The notes under the pieces were generated by a model that worked only from the letters and a program-made list of their open reading frames with translations, ran no database searches and had not been told where the DNA came from. The translations under genes were made by a program, and so were the position numbers. A stretch of DNA of 51,450 nt from a virus (taxonomy: Duplodnaviria > Caudoviricetes). Positions 1 through 7,602 of the stretch are shown here, piece after piece. Where the stretch lies: IMG/VR virus record IMGVR_UViG_3300031650_000002, positions 1-51,450 of that record; one strand, written 5' to 3'. Position 1 is the first letter of the stretch. Each line of letters opens with the position of its first letter.

Positions 1-734
1 GAATCAATAACCTTCTTTAATCTTTCTATTTCTTCTAAGGCATGTTCTGAATTTCTAATTGCATCACTGATTTTAGTATTATTTATCATAGCTTCATGTA
101 ATTCATTATTAATATCGTCTACAGATATCAATTCTTCCGGTAGATCTTCGATTGTTATTTCTTCCCTATTGCCGGATAGTAATTTTACTTCCCGGCCTTT
201 TTCTAACCTTTGATCATATAGATAAGCAATCTTTTTTTCTATTTCAGTAATATCAAATCCGGTTAAATCAATAAGCACCTGCCGTTGTTCCCTTCCCTTC
301 ATTTGTGAAAATAGCCGTGGATCAAAACTTAGATAACCGATAAAGTCATCTAATAGCTTTTGCGGGGTAGTATATTTTAGCCCTTTTCCGTTAGTTACTT
401 TTAGTTGGGTATCGCCGTTAGTTTTCCATATTCTATTTACGACAAATAGCACTTCCGGTATTTTCCCAGCAGCCAAGTCTTCAGGTGATAAATCTTCGCA
501 TAAAGTTACCTCACCTTCCGCTTCTTTTTCACCTTTTCTAATTGGCATAGGGGTTTCCTTAGCCCCAGCTTTCCAACACAATATATACCAAATAGAATCT
601 AAGGCCGAAGTTTTACCTGCCCCGTTCTTACCGGATATGATTATTACATCCTCTTTGGGCGTAATATCTATTGCCTTGATCCCTTTTATGTTCGTACTTT
701 TCAAATTTAATATTTTCAAACCTTTATTTTCCAC
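1..734 (-). CDS. SbcC/Rad50-like AAA ATPase, N-terminal part (runs off the window start)
   Basis: Not in the ORF track. Manual translation from GTG at 734 (AGGAGGT RBS upstream): MENKGLKILNLKSTNIKGIKAIDITPKEDVIIISGKNGAGKTSALDSIW, Walker A GKNGAGKT, then coiled coil. Confidence 0.85.
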   Translation of the reverse strand, partial: MENKGLKILNLKSTNIKGIKAIDITPKEDVIIISGKNGAGKTSALDSIWYILCWKAGAKETPMPIRKGEKEAEGEVTLCEDLSPEDLAAGKIPEVLFVVNRIWKTNGDTQLKVTNGKGLKYTTPQKLLDDFIGYLSFDPRLFSQMKGREQRQVLIDLTGFDITEIEKKIAYLYDQRLEKGREVKLLSGNREEITIEDLPEELISVDDINNELHEAMINNTKISDAIRNSEHALEEIERLKKVID

Positions 735-756
735 TTTTATTTACCTCCTAAAAATT

Positions 757-975
757 TTAATAATTTTGCATACCGTTCTCGGTATATAAGATCACCCCCT
801 TATTTATTTTCCTTCGATATGAAAGTCTATCATTCATTACTCTAACGTTACTCAATAAAAGATAATTTAATTTAACTTTTGTTAATTTGTTAGTAACTAA
901 TAAATTGCGAAATGCTTCCATAAAAGTTACTTTTCTTTCAGTTCCTAACTTCATATTTTCTTCAATAATTATCAA
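757..975 (-). CDS. hypothetical protein
   Basis: 72-aa ORF in the co-directional early operon; start uncertain. Confidence 0.4.
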   Translation of the reverse strand: MIIIEENMKLGTERKVTFMEAFRNLLVTNKLTKVKLNYLLLSNVRVMNDRLSYRRKINKGVILYTENGMQNY

Positions 976-981
976 TTATTC

Positions 982-1173
982 TCACCCCCTTAAAATATTT
1001 AATAATTTCTGAGTATTCTTTTGAGAAACTTTACATTTACATTGAGGTCTTTCTTTAAAAGTTAAAATATTATTAATTTTTAATTTATCTAAATACATTA
1101 TTTTTTCGTTACTAAGGACTGGAGTATAGCCGAATGTTTTAGCAATTTTGATAAAATTTTTTTGTGTATACAT
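982..1173 (-). CDS. hypothetical protein
   Basis: AAGGAG RBS precedes ATG at 1173 (MYTQKNF), so shorter than the ORF-track call. Confidence 0.55.
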   Translation of the reverse strand: MYTQKNFIKIAKTFGYTPVLSNEKIMYLDKLKINNILTFKERPQCKCKVSQKNTQKLLNILRG

Positions 1174-1221
1174 TGTTTGACTCCTTAAAATAAAAATAGC
1201 CAAATATCCAACCGGTTATTT

Positions 1222-1641
1222 CTAACCAACCAAATATTCGGCTTTAAATGCGAAACTGTTTAAAGACCCGCCTTTAATTCTATTTATTTTTTTAGGTAAT
1301 AATCTTAGATTATTTAAATCCCAAGCTTTTCTAAAACCAATATGCGTTGTTTTAGAATATTTATATATTCTAATAGGTTTTATGTGGTCTAATTCTAATC
1401 TGCAATCTAAATAATCCTGCCAGGTATATTCTTCGGGAATTGTAGAAATTAATCTTGCTTTTAATTCCCTTATTGTATATCCTAATATTATTTTCCAATG
1501 ATTTTCTTTATTAGATTTACTATTTTTTAAAGCCCTTCTAATCGAGCGACTTATATTTCTATCTAATCTAAATCTTTCGTCAGTTTTTAATCTATTAGCT
1601 TGATACTTTTTATAATATTCATAAAAAGATTTGTTATACAT
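1222..1641 (-). CDS. HNH-type homing endonuclease
   Basis: LELDHIKP...WDLNNLRLLPKKINRIKG motif and basic N-terminus. Confidence 0.75.
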   Translation of the reverse strand: MYNKSFYEYYKKYQANRLKTDERFRLDRNISRSIRRALKNSKSNKENHWKIILGYTIRELKARLISTIPEEYTWQDYLDCRLELDHIKPIRIYKYSKTTHIGFRKAWDLNNLRLLPKKINRIKGGSLNSFAFKAEYLVG

Positions 1642-1773
1642 AAAAAAACCCCAAATATTCTTAAATGTTCAGGGTCTTTTTTGGTATTCGATATATTATA
1701 TGTTATATCCTGTAATATATCTTATGTAAACTAAATAACTAAAATTAAACCCCGAAACATTTAAAATATTTTT

Positions 1774-1959
1774 TTATAATAATACTTCTTTATAAAAATC
1801 CATTATTGCTTTTTGATATATTGGTAAAGGTTTTCTAGTTGTCCCTAATTCCCATCTTACTATTGTATGCTCTCTACAGCCAATCTTATCAGCAAGCTCT
1901 CGCCTGGTCAAATTAGCTTTTTCCCTTGTTTTTCTTAATTTGCTTAAATCAATTATCAT
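1774..1959 (-). CDS. Cro-like XRE helix-turn-helix regulator
   Basis: LRKTREKANLTRRELADKIGCREHTIVRWELG; GGAGGT RBS; first gene of the early operon. Confidence 0.85.
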   Translation of the reverse strand: MIIDLSKLRKTREKANLTRRELADKIGCREHTIVRWELGTTRKPLPIYQKAIMDFYKEVLL

Positions 1960-1979
1960 ATAACTAACCTCCCATAAAA

Positions 1980-2008
1980 ATATTACTATATGTATAGTAA
2001 TATGTCAA
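1980..2008 (-). promoter_or_regulatory. sigma70-type early promoter with overlapping palindromic operator
   Basis: TTGACA (2008-2003), 17 nt, TAATAT (1985-1980). Perfect 11-bp arms ATATTACTATA-tg-TATAGTAATAT at 1980-2003. Confidence 0.75.
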
Positions 2009-2422
2009 CCCCTTTTTGAAAATAAATTAAAAAATGTGAGTTTGAACAAAAAATAGCATTATATTAGCTTGTTTTTTGTGCGGATTATATATAATCGCCT
2101 TTAAGGGGTCTGTGGCTATCGTAGTGGCAAATTATGCTTTTTACATACAATCATAAGCAGATATGCCTATTTTAGCGAGGTTATTAGTACTATAAACAGA
2201 AAAAGCCAGCTTTTACACTGACTTTTCCTGCGGAGGAAAAAATGAATCTGGATATTATAACCGTCCAGCCCGGCTTGGGGGGATCACCTATTATTTATAA
2301 ATCTTTCTACTTCCTCTTTCATCTGCTTATCTAATTTATTTTTAAACTCTTTTTGTTTTACATAGAATAATAGTTCTCTTACTTTTAGTTCAACTCTTAT
2401 ATTTCCCTTTTTACTGTTTGGA

Positions 2423-2581
2423 TCAAAACCCTAATAACATCTTAACAACTTTAACAACTACATCATCAACTTTACTTTCCGTTTCTGCTGCTTTTAGTTC
2501 CCATTCATTTAAAGATTTTTCAATAGCACTTCTTAATTCAGGGCTAATCAAATCTAAAATCTTTGAAATTATTGTCCACAT
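2423..2581 (-). CDS. small hypothetical protein (52 aa)
   Basis: MWTIISKILDLISPELRSAIEKSLNEWELKAAETESKVDDVVVKVVKMLLGF; AAAGGAG RBS; below the ORF-track cutoff. Confidence 0.65.
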   Translation of the reverse strand: MWTIISKILDLISPELRSAIEKSLNEWELKAAETESKVDDVVVKVVKMLLGF

Positions 2582-2607
2582 GATTTTTACTCCTTTCTAT
2601 TTTATTT

Positions 2608-2691
2608 TTATAAGTATCTCAACAATTCTATCCACCATGCAATAAGTGCGAATATTAATCCCCCACCTACTAACCAGTTTAATATTCCCAT
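2608..2691 (-). CDS. 27-aa hydrophobic membrane peptide
   Basis: MGILNWLVGGGLIFALIAWWIELLRYL with strong AAGGAGG RBS. Confidence 0.55.
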   Translation of the reverse strand: MGILNWLVGGGLIFALIAWWIELLRYL

Positions 2692-2771
2692 AATATCCTC
2701 CTTTCTCATTTCTATGCACCAAAGTTATCACTAACCTCTGTTTCGTGTATGTAATTGAGAATCTAATTGTG

Positions 2772-3418
2772 AACTAACCGGAATTACCGGATAACTGTAG
2801 TCCATATCGACACGTTTGTAGTCATATATAGGGTGTGACCCCATATATTGAACATGCAAGGTCGATAATAGTCTCACTATTTGGTATAAACGTGTCCAGT
2901 TTCGTCACTCTATCATTCGCTAAAAATGATTATTTAAACTATTTTCTGGTAGTGATAATAAGTAATTGCGTTATTATCATCTTGTGTAAATTTTGCACAT
3001 ACTCGATTCTAATGAATGCTATAAATAACACTTTCAGCAACCGTTGAAACAGGGGACGCCATTGAAACGCCCCCGTTACTCCTTCTCCACATGGCAGATG
3101 AGCTAATATTTTAGACGTTCGGCTAAAATATTATATCGTTAAACTTTTCTTACCTGACAATTCGCCTTTTAAGACAATTTGTCTGGTATATCTGTAACAT
3201 AAGGAATAATCCCTCCAAAATATGTTATATATATATTTCCATTAACTTACTGTCCTTAGGTGTTTACACTTCTCAACAACTGTTATCAATTGTGTCCATA
3301 ACTGATAATAGCGTTGTCGCTAATTATCACAATTCGTTTTGAAAGAGAATTAGCAAATATGCTAACATTTCACTTCTACATTAACATTGTGTTAAATATT
3401 CATTTAAAAGTGAACATT
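2772..3418. repeat. array of unrelated short imperfect inverted repeats
   Basis: At least 12 hairpins, e.g. TGATAATAA-N9-TTATTATCA (2953-2979), TAATATTTTAG-N8-CTAAAATATTA (3104-3133), TTAGCA-N4-TGCTAA (3350-3365), TTAACA-N3-TGTTAA (3381-3395); no credible ORF. Confidence 0.8.
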
Positions 3419-3556
3419 ATTGCCGTAGGTGTTATATCAGGAATGCAATATGTATCCTAATCCGCCCATTCCCATACTTCTATTATTCGCTTATTATCTA
3501 TGTTAGGATTTGTTTGTTTCATTTCTCCAACGCTTTAAATAGTATTTTCAAGAATT

Positions 3557-4404
3557 GACCACTCCACCTATCTTGGTTGTTTTCCTTCGCTCTAAGAGTT
3601 CCAGTAACAACTAACATGTATCTTCAAGAAAAGCTACCATGAGCTTTTATCAGCGGAGTGGAACGTTTAAGAACCAATTGCCTGTTTTCCCACCCTGTTC
3701 ATAAAAATCTAATAGCTAATCTATTTATTTCCATCATATTTTTACCCGTTTTTAAACAATGAACGATACCTCGATGAATCGCTTTGGGCATATAGATAAC
3801 ATCATTTTTATTTATATGATGACCTTCTGAATCTTCAAAAGATTGATTAAGGGGATTAAATCCTAACTCACGTCTTTTGAAATCATTTCTTTGGCTATTT
3901 ATTTCCCCTTTTTCTGTCTTATTATATTTTCGATTGTGTTTATTGTGTTTCCCACGATTATTTATACGATATTGTTCTATCTTTTCGAAATTATTTTTTC
4001 GATATCGTTTATCATGTTCTTTTCTTTTTTCGGGGTTATCTTCACGCCATTGTTTCTTATGTTCTGGATTATTTTTACGCCATTGTTTATTATATTCGTT
4101 TTTATCTTCCCGATTGTCCAATGTCCATTGTTTCATATATTCTTTGCGTTTTTCTTTATTGTCAATACGATATTGCTTATCATATGCTTTTCTATCGAAC
4201 ATAATTCTCCTAATCCATTCTCCCACCCTCATGGACTTAGCCACTGCAGTCGGCTACCCTATCACCTCTAAGAAATATAAGCACAGGCTTATATTGTAGT
4301 GTGATATTTATTATGCCAATATTTGGTGAATGTTTTATCACAATGTCGACTAATCTAACACTCACCGCTCGCCACCTTGCCTTCATTCGAAGTTGGAGTG
4401 GCTC
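3557..4404 (-). ncRNA. candidate large structured RNA interrupted by an HNH gene
   Basis: GC-richer non-coding flanks 4222-4404 and 3557-3697. CCACTCCA near the 5' end can pair with TGGAGTGG near the 3' end; internal hairpins GGTGAGTGTT/AACATTCACC and AAAAGCT/AGCTTTT. Confidence 0.4.
3699..4202 (-). CDS. HNH-like homing endonuclease with basic repeats
   Basis: Repeated KQWRxDN units then EGHHINKND...IHRGIVH; AGGAG RBS favours start MFDRKAY at 4202. Confidence 0.7.
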   Translation of the reverse strand: MFDRKAYDKQYRIDNKEKRKEYMKQWTLDNREDKNEYNKQWRKNNPEHKKQWREDNPEKRKEHDKRYRKNNFEKIEQYRINNRGKHNKHNRKYNKTEKGEINSQRNDFKRRELGFNPLNQSFEDSEGHHINKNDVIYMPKAIHRGIVHCLKTGKNMMEINRLAIRFL

Positions 4405-4406
4405 TT

Positions 4407-4504
4407 TGGTGGAGGCGGAGGACGGTCAGCCCTCGTGCAAGAACAAGTATCGACTTGGTGATACCCAAATCCACTATGCCTATTCCTGTCGAACATACAC
4501 CCCC
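4407..4504 (-). ncRNA. miniature tmRNA-like RNA (tRNA-like domain only, 98 nt)
   Basis: 5' GGGGGTG pairs with 3' CGCCTCC-ACCA including G3.U70; stemless D loop ending TTCGAC; helix AGGAATAGG/CTTGTTCTT capped by GATTTGG/CCAAGTC; T arm GAGGG-CTGACCG-TCCTC. Confidence 0.7.
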
Positions 4505-4507
4505 ATA

Positions 4508-5755
4508 TTAAATAACTACTTCAAAGACCGTTCTTTTCTTCCTAATTCTATCTGCACTCTTTGCATTATAGGCTTCAATTTCTGTTTCGATGTTATAGCC
4601 CTCTATATGCTCCGTATGCTGTAAATCAATTTTAATGCTATCTATCCTATTTGAGCTATAAATGATATGTATATTCTGGCTTGCCCTACTCGTTAACTGC
4701 AAGCCCCTTTCGCTATATTCATTAGCCCCCACAATAGAACTACCCCTTGCGTATACATCACCTATCCTGGCAGAATGTAAATGTCCGGATATTATAAAAT
4801 GTATTGTTATACCTTTAGCCGCATATTTGCCCTTTATCCCCTGTATAGCTTTCTCAGTCTTTCCTTTTATTTGATGTCCATGAATAAGTAATATATTTTT
4901 GTTTCCTACTTTCACGATTTGCTCCATCGGGTCCGAGTCTGATAAGAATAAGATTCCTTTACTTCCCCTGAATAGATAATTTAATATATTAAATATCGTA
5001 AAATCGTAGTTATCGGTAGCTAAAATATCATTCCAGGCTATATCTTTTGCTATCCTGCTTTCGTTACCCGTTACCCCTGCCACCGTTAAGTTAAAATCTT
5101 TATTCAAGTCAAGGATCATCAGTTCAATTAACCGGACAGCCAAAAAAGTAGCCTTGCTACGATTGGTCGCCTGTGCCAATAATTCATCAAGTCGCCGGTC
5201 GCTATTCATCAAGTCACCGGTCATAGCGAATAATACATTCTTAACATTCTTTAGCTTAAAATATTCTCTTGCCTCTTCAACGAATAATTTACACCGCTTA
5301 CTTGCTATATCAAAATCATATTTATTAATAGCCAAATTAACCAGCTCATTAAAATGCGGGTCGGTTAAATGGAATATTCCCGCCGCTTCATTCTGGTAAT
5401 TCTTATGTTTTATGGTAAATTTAGCGAGATTATACTGGTCTAAAATCTTAACTAATTCTTGATTATATTCAGCTACTGCATTATCTATCCTGGCATATTC
5501 CCGGAAGGCTTTCCGTTCTATCCGGTTAGAATCGGCAAATCGTTGTGTTTTTTTGGCAAGTTTAATATTTTCTCTTAGTAACTCAAGGTCTATATCAGGG
5601 AATTGACTTAGAATATCTTCATCTAAAAATTCTTTATCACAGCTATTACAATAAAATCTTTGCTTTTTAACTGTTTCCCCTTTTTTGAGTGGTTTATATC
5701 CTGAATATTTCCAATTACTTGAACCACATTTAGGGCATTTAATACTTAGTGGCAT
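4508..5755 (-). CDS. calcineurin-like metallophosphoesterase with N-terminal zinc ribbon
   Basis: DPH, GDL, GNE, HGH, GHLH motifs; CPKC...CNSC at the N-terminus; likely start MPLSIKC at 5755. Confidence 0.85.
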   Translation of the reverse strand: MPLSIKCPKCGSSNWKYSGYKPLKKGETVKKQRFYCNSCDKEFLDEDILSQFPDIDLELLRENIKLAKKTQRFADSNRIERKAFREYARIDNAVAEYNQELVKILDQYNLAKFTIKHKNYQNEAAGIFHLTDPHFNELVNLAINKYDFDIASKRCKLFVEEAREYFKLKNVKNVLFAMTGDLMNSDRRLDELLAQATNRSKATFLAVRLIELMILDLNKDFNLTVAGVTGNESRIAKDIAWNDILATDNYDFTIFNILNYLFRGSKGILFLSDSDPMEQIVKVGNKNILLIHGHQIKGKTEKAIQGIKGKYAAKGITIHFIISGHLHSARIGDVYARGSSIVGANEYSERGLQLTSRASQNIHIIYSSNRIDSIKIDLQHTEHIEGYNIETEIEAYNAKSADRIRKKRTVFEVVI

Positions 5756-6480
5756 ATATTCCCCCAATCAATATTTTGTTATATTTTTTACTATTACAAC
5801 TCTGGCAAGTGGGAACTATATTTTCTTTTGTATTGTCCCCACCTTTACTTATCGGTATAATATGGTCTTTTGTAGGTAAATTTTCCTCATCAAATTCACA
5901 ACCACAATAAGCACATCTGTAATTGTATGCTTCTAATATATCTACCCATTCATTTAAAGTTAAGGTGTTAATAATTACTTTTTCTATTGCACGTCTTTTG
6001 GAATAACTTCTTTGACTACAAGCTTTCCCCTTTTCTGTTTTAAACCAAATCCTACCTAATTCTAAATATCTTTCCTTATGTTTCCTTTTATATTTTCTCC
6101 AATATTCTGGATTTTCTTTCCATAGTTTTTTTTGTATATTTTGAGATTCTTTCCTTATTTTTTATGTAATATTTTTTATAATATCCTTTAAGATATTCTT
6201 TATTATCTTCTTGCCATTTTTTCCCTTTTTTTAATATTTCCTTTCTGTTTTCTCGATAATATTCTTTAAAATGTTCTTTAAAATATTTTTTTCTTTTTTC
6301 TTTATTTCTTATATAGTATTTTTTATTATATTCTTTCATATAATCTTTGTTGTTATTCGCTTGGATTCTTTCTCTATTATCTATATAATATTGTTTCTGT
6401 CGTTTTAATTTTTCTTCCTTATTTTTTTGATAATATATTCTATCCCTCTTTTTTTGATCTTCTTTATTCTTATATGGCAT
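5739..6480 (-). pseudogene. HNH endonuclease with a 1-nt frameshift in an A8 run
   Basis: Removing one A at 6126-6133 joins ORF 6088..6480 to ...YRCAYCG...TKDHIIPISKGGDNTKENIVPTCQSCNSKK. Confidence 0.8.
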
Positions 6481-6522
6481 TAATTACCTCCAAAAAAAGT
6501 TGTCAAGTTCTTCCTCCTTTAC

Positions 6523-6705
6523 TTATTCAAATTCAAAATATCTTTCGATTTTATCATTCTCCTCATTCTCATATTCCTCTTTATCTATCTCTAATCTGTT
6601 TTTACAGTAAGGACACATCGACACATATTTATCATTAACCAACCTAAATGATATAACCCAGCCACAATTCGGGCAGGTATAGAATCTATCATCTACCGCT
6701 ACCAT
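6523..6705 (-). CDS. small zinc-ribbon protein
   Basis: CPNC and CPYC pairs, acidic tail. Confidence 0.6.
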   Translation of the reverse strand: MVAVDDRFYTCPNCGWVISFRLVNDKYVSMCPYCKNRLEIDKEEYENEENDKIERYFEFE

Positions 6706-6715
6706 CTTTATACCC

Positions 6716-7156
6716 TTACCTTACACCTCTAATCAATCTAAGGTTATTCACTCCGTAGACAGCCATATAATCTCCTCCTTCTGCCCAATATGGAGGGTTG
6801 CTATCTAAACTCTTATCGTAATAATGCCTAACGCCTACAATAGGGTTATGCTTTTCTGCACTTTGCATAACAACTACTGCTACACCAATGCATACTTCCC
6901 AAAGCCTGCCTTTAATTATTCCCTTTATTACCTTATAATTATGGTCATCTTTATTCCAACAGCTAAACTGTCTCGGTTGTAAAACAACGTCTTTATAAGT
7001 ATTACCATGTCGTTTAGCTTGTAGCCTGTTTCGTATAACCCAACCCACAATAAGCATCGTTTCTATGCTCTCTCCTCTTGCTTCACCATAAATTGTTTTT
7101 GCAAGATGTAAAAGGTCAGTATTTAGGTTTGCAATCTTAGATAATTTAGAAATCAT
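6716..7156 (-). CDS. endolysin, SleB/CwlJ-type cell wall hydrolase (Hydrolase_2)
   Basis: LAKTIYGEARGE...VIRNR...QFSCWN motifs; next to holin-like genes. Confidence 0.9.
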   Translation of the reverse strand: MISKLSKIANLNTDLLHLAKTIYGEARGESIETMLIVGWVIRNRLQAKRHGNTYKDVVLQPRQFSCWNKDDHNYKVIKGIIKGRLWEVCIGVAVVVMQSAEKHNPIVGVRHYYDKSLDSNPPYWAEGGDYMAVYGVNNLRLIRGVR

Positions 7157-7369
7157 TTAATCACCTTCACAATCTTTTTTCCCGCTTTGTAGATAAAATT
7201 TAACTATCAGCGTAACCAGCCCAGCAAATATACCATATACAGTTGTCAGGAATGTATCTAATTCAATACACCCCGAAAAGATATTTAGGGTAACTTTTAG
7301 GAAACAATATAATATTGCAAATACTAATATTCGCCTGATTAAGTGATACTTATTTACTAGATTATTCAT
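7157..7369 (-). CDS. putative holin (2 TM)
   Basis: Two hydrophobic segments, charged C-terminus, directly upstream of the endolysin. Confidence 0.6.
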   Translation of the reverse strand: MNNLVNKYHLIRRILVFAILYCFLKVTLNIFSGCIELDTFLTTVYGIFAGLVTLIVKFYLQSGKKDCEGD

Positions 7370-7590
7370 CTCTTCGTACCAAAATAAATACCGAGAATAG
7401 ATGTTATAAGGGAAACAACGAAAGCAATAACCCCACTTTGCCCCTTCATCTTTGCTATATCGGTGCTATTCTTAAAAGACCTGCCGTTCAATACGTCTAA
7501 TCTCGTATTGACTTCATCAACTTTTTTATCGGTATTTTTAACGATTTCTTCTATTACTATTAATCTTTCTTTAATTGTTTTTTCAGGCAT
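7366..7590 (-). CDS. XhlA-like coiled-coil membrane protein (lysis cassette)
   Basis: N-terminal coiled coil plus a single C-terminal TM helix. Confidence 0.55.
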   Translation of the reverse strand: MPEKTIKERLIVIEEIVKNTDKKVDEVNTRLDVLNGRSFKNSTDIAKMKGQSGVIAFVVSLITSILGIYFGTKR

Positions 7591-7602
7591 TACATCATCT
7601 CC

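Noticed and set aside
2772-3418. CRISPR array or integron cassette array
   Set aside because: The hairpins share no common repeat sequence or regular spacing, and no cas or integrase gene is present.
4300-4345. tmRNA tag frame supplied by the downstream RNA (...ATA TTG GCA TAA TAA)
   Set aside because: Only seven codons follow an upstream stop, there is no convincing resume context, and the order does not fit a permuted two-piece tmRNA.
3557-4404. Group I intron or RNase P RNA around the HNH gene
   Set aside because: I could not find group I P/Q/R/S core motifs, an interrupted host ORF, or the RNase P GAGGAAAGUCC signature.
4407-4504. Ordinary tRNA-Ala gene
   Set aside because: No D stem, no 7-nt anticodon loop and a long irregular central helix; the layout matches a tmRNA tRNA-like domain.
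5640-5740. IS1 InsA-like transposase remnant (CPKC...QRFYCNSC)
   Set aside because: It is an in-frame zinc-ribbon domain of the phosphoesterase; no terminal repeats or transposase core are present.
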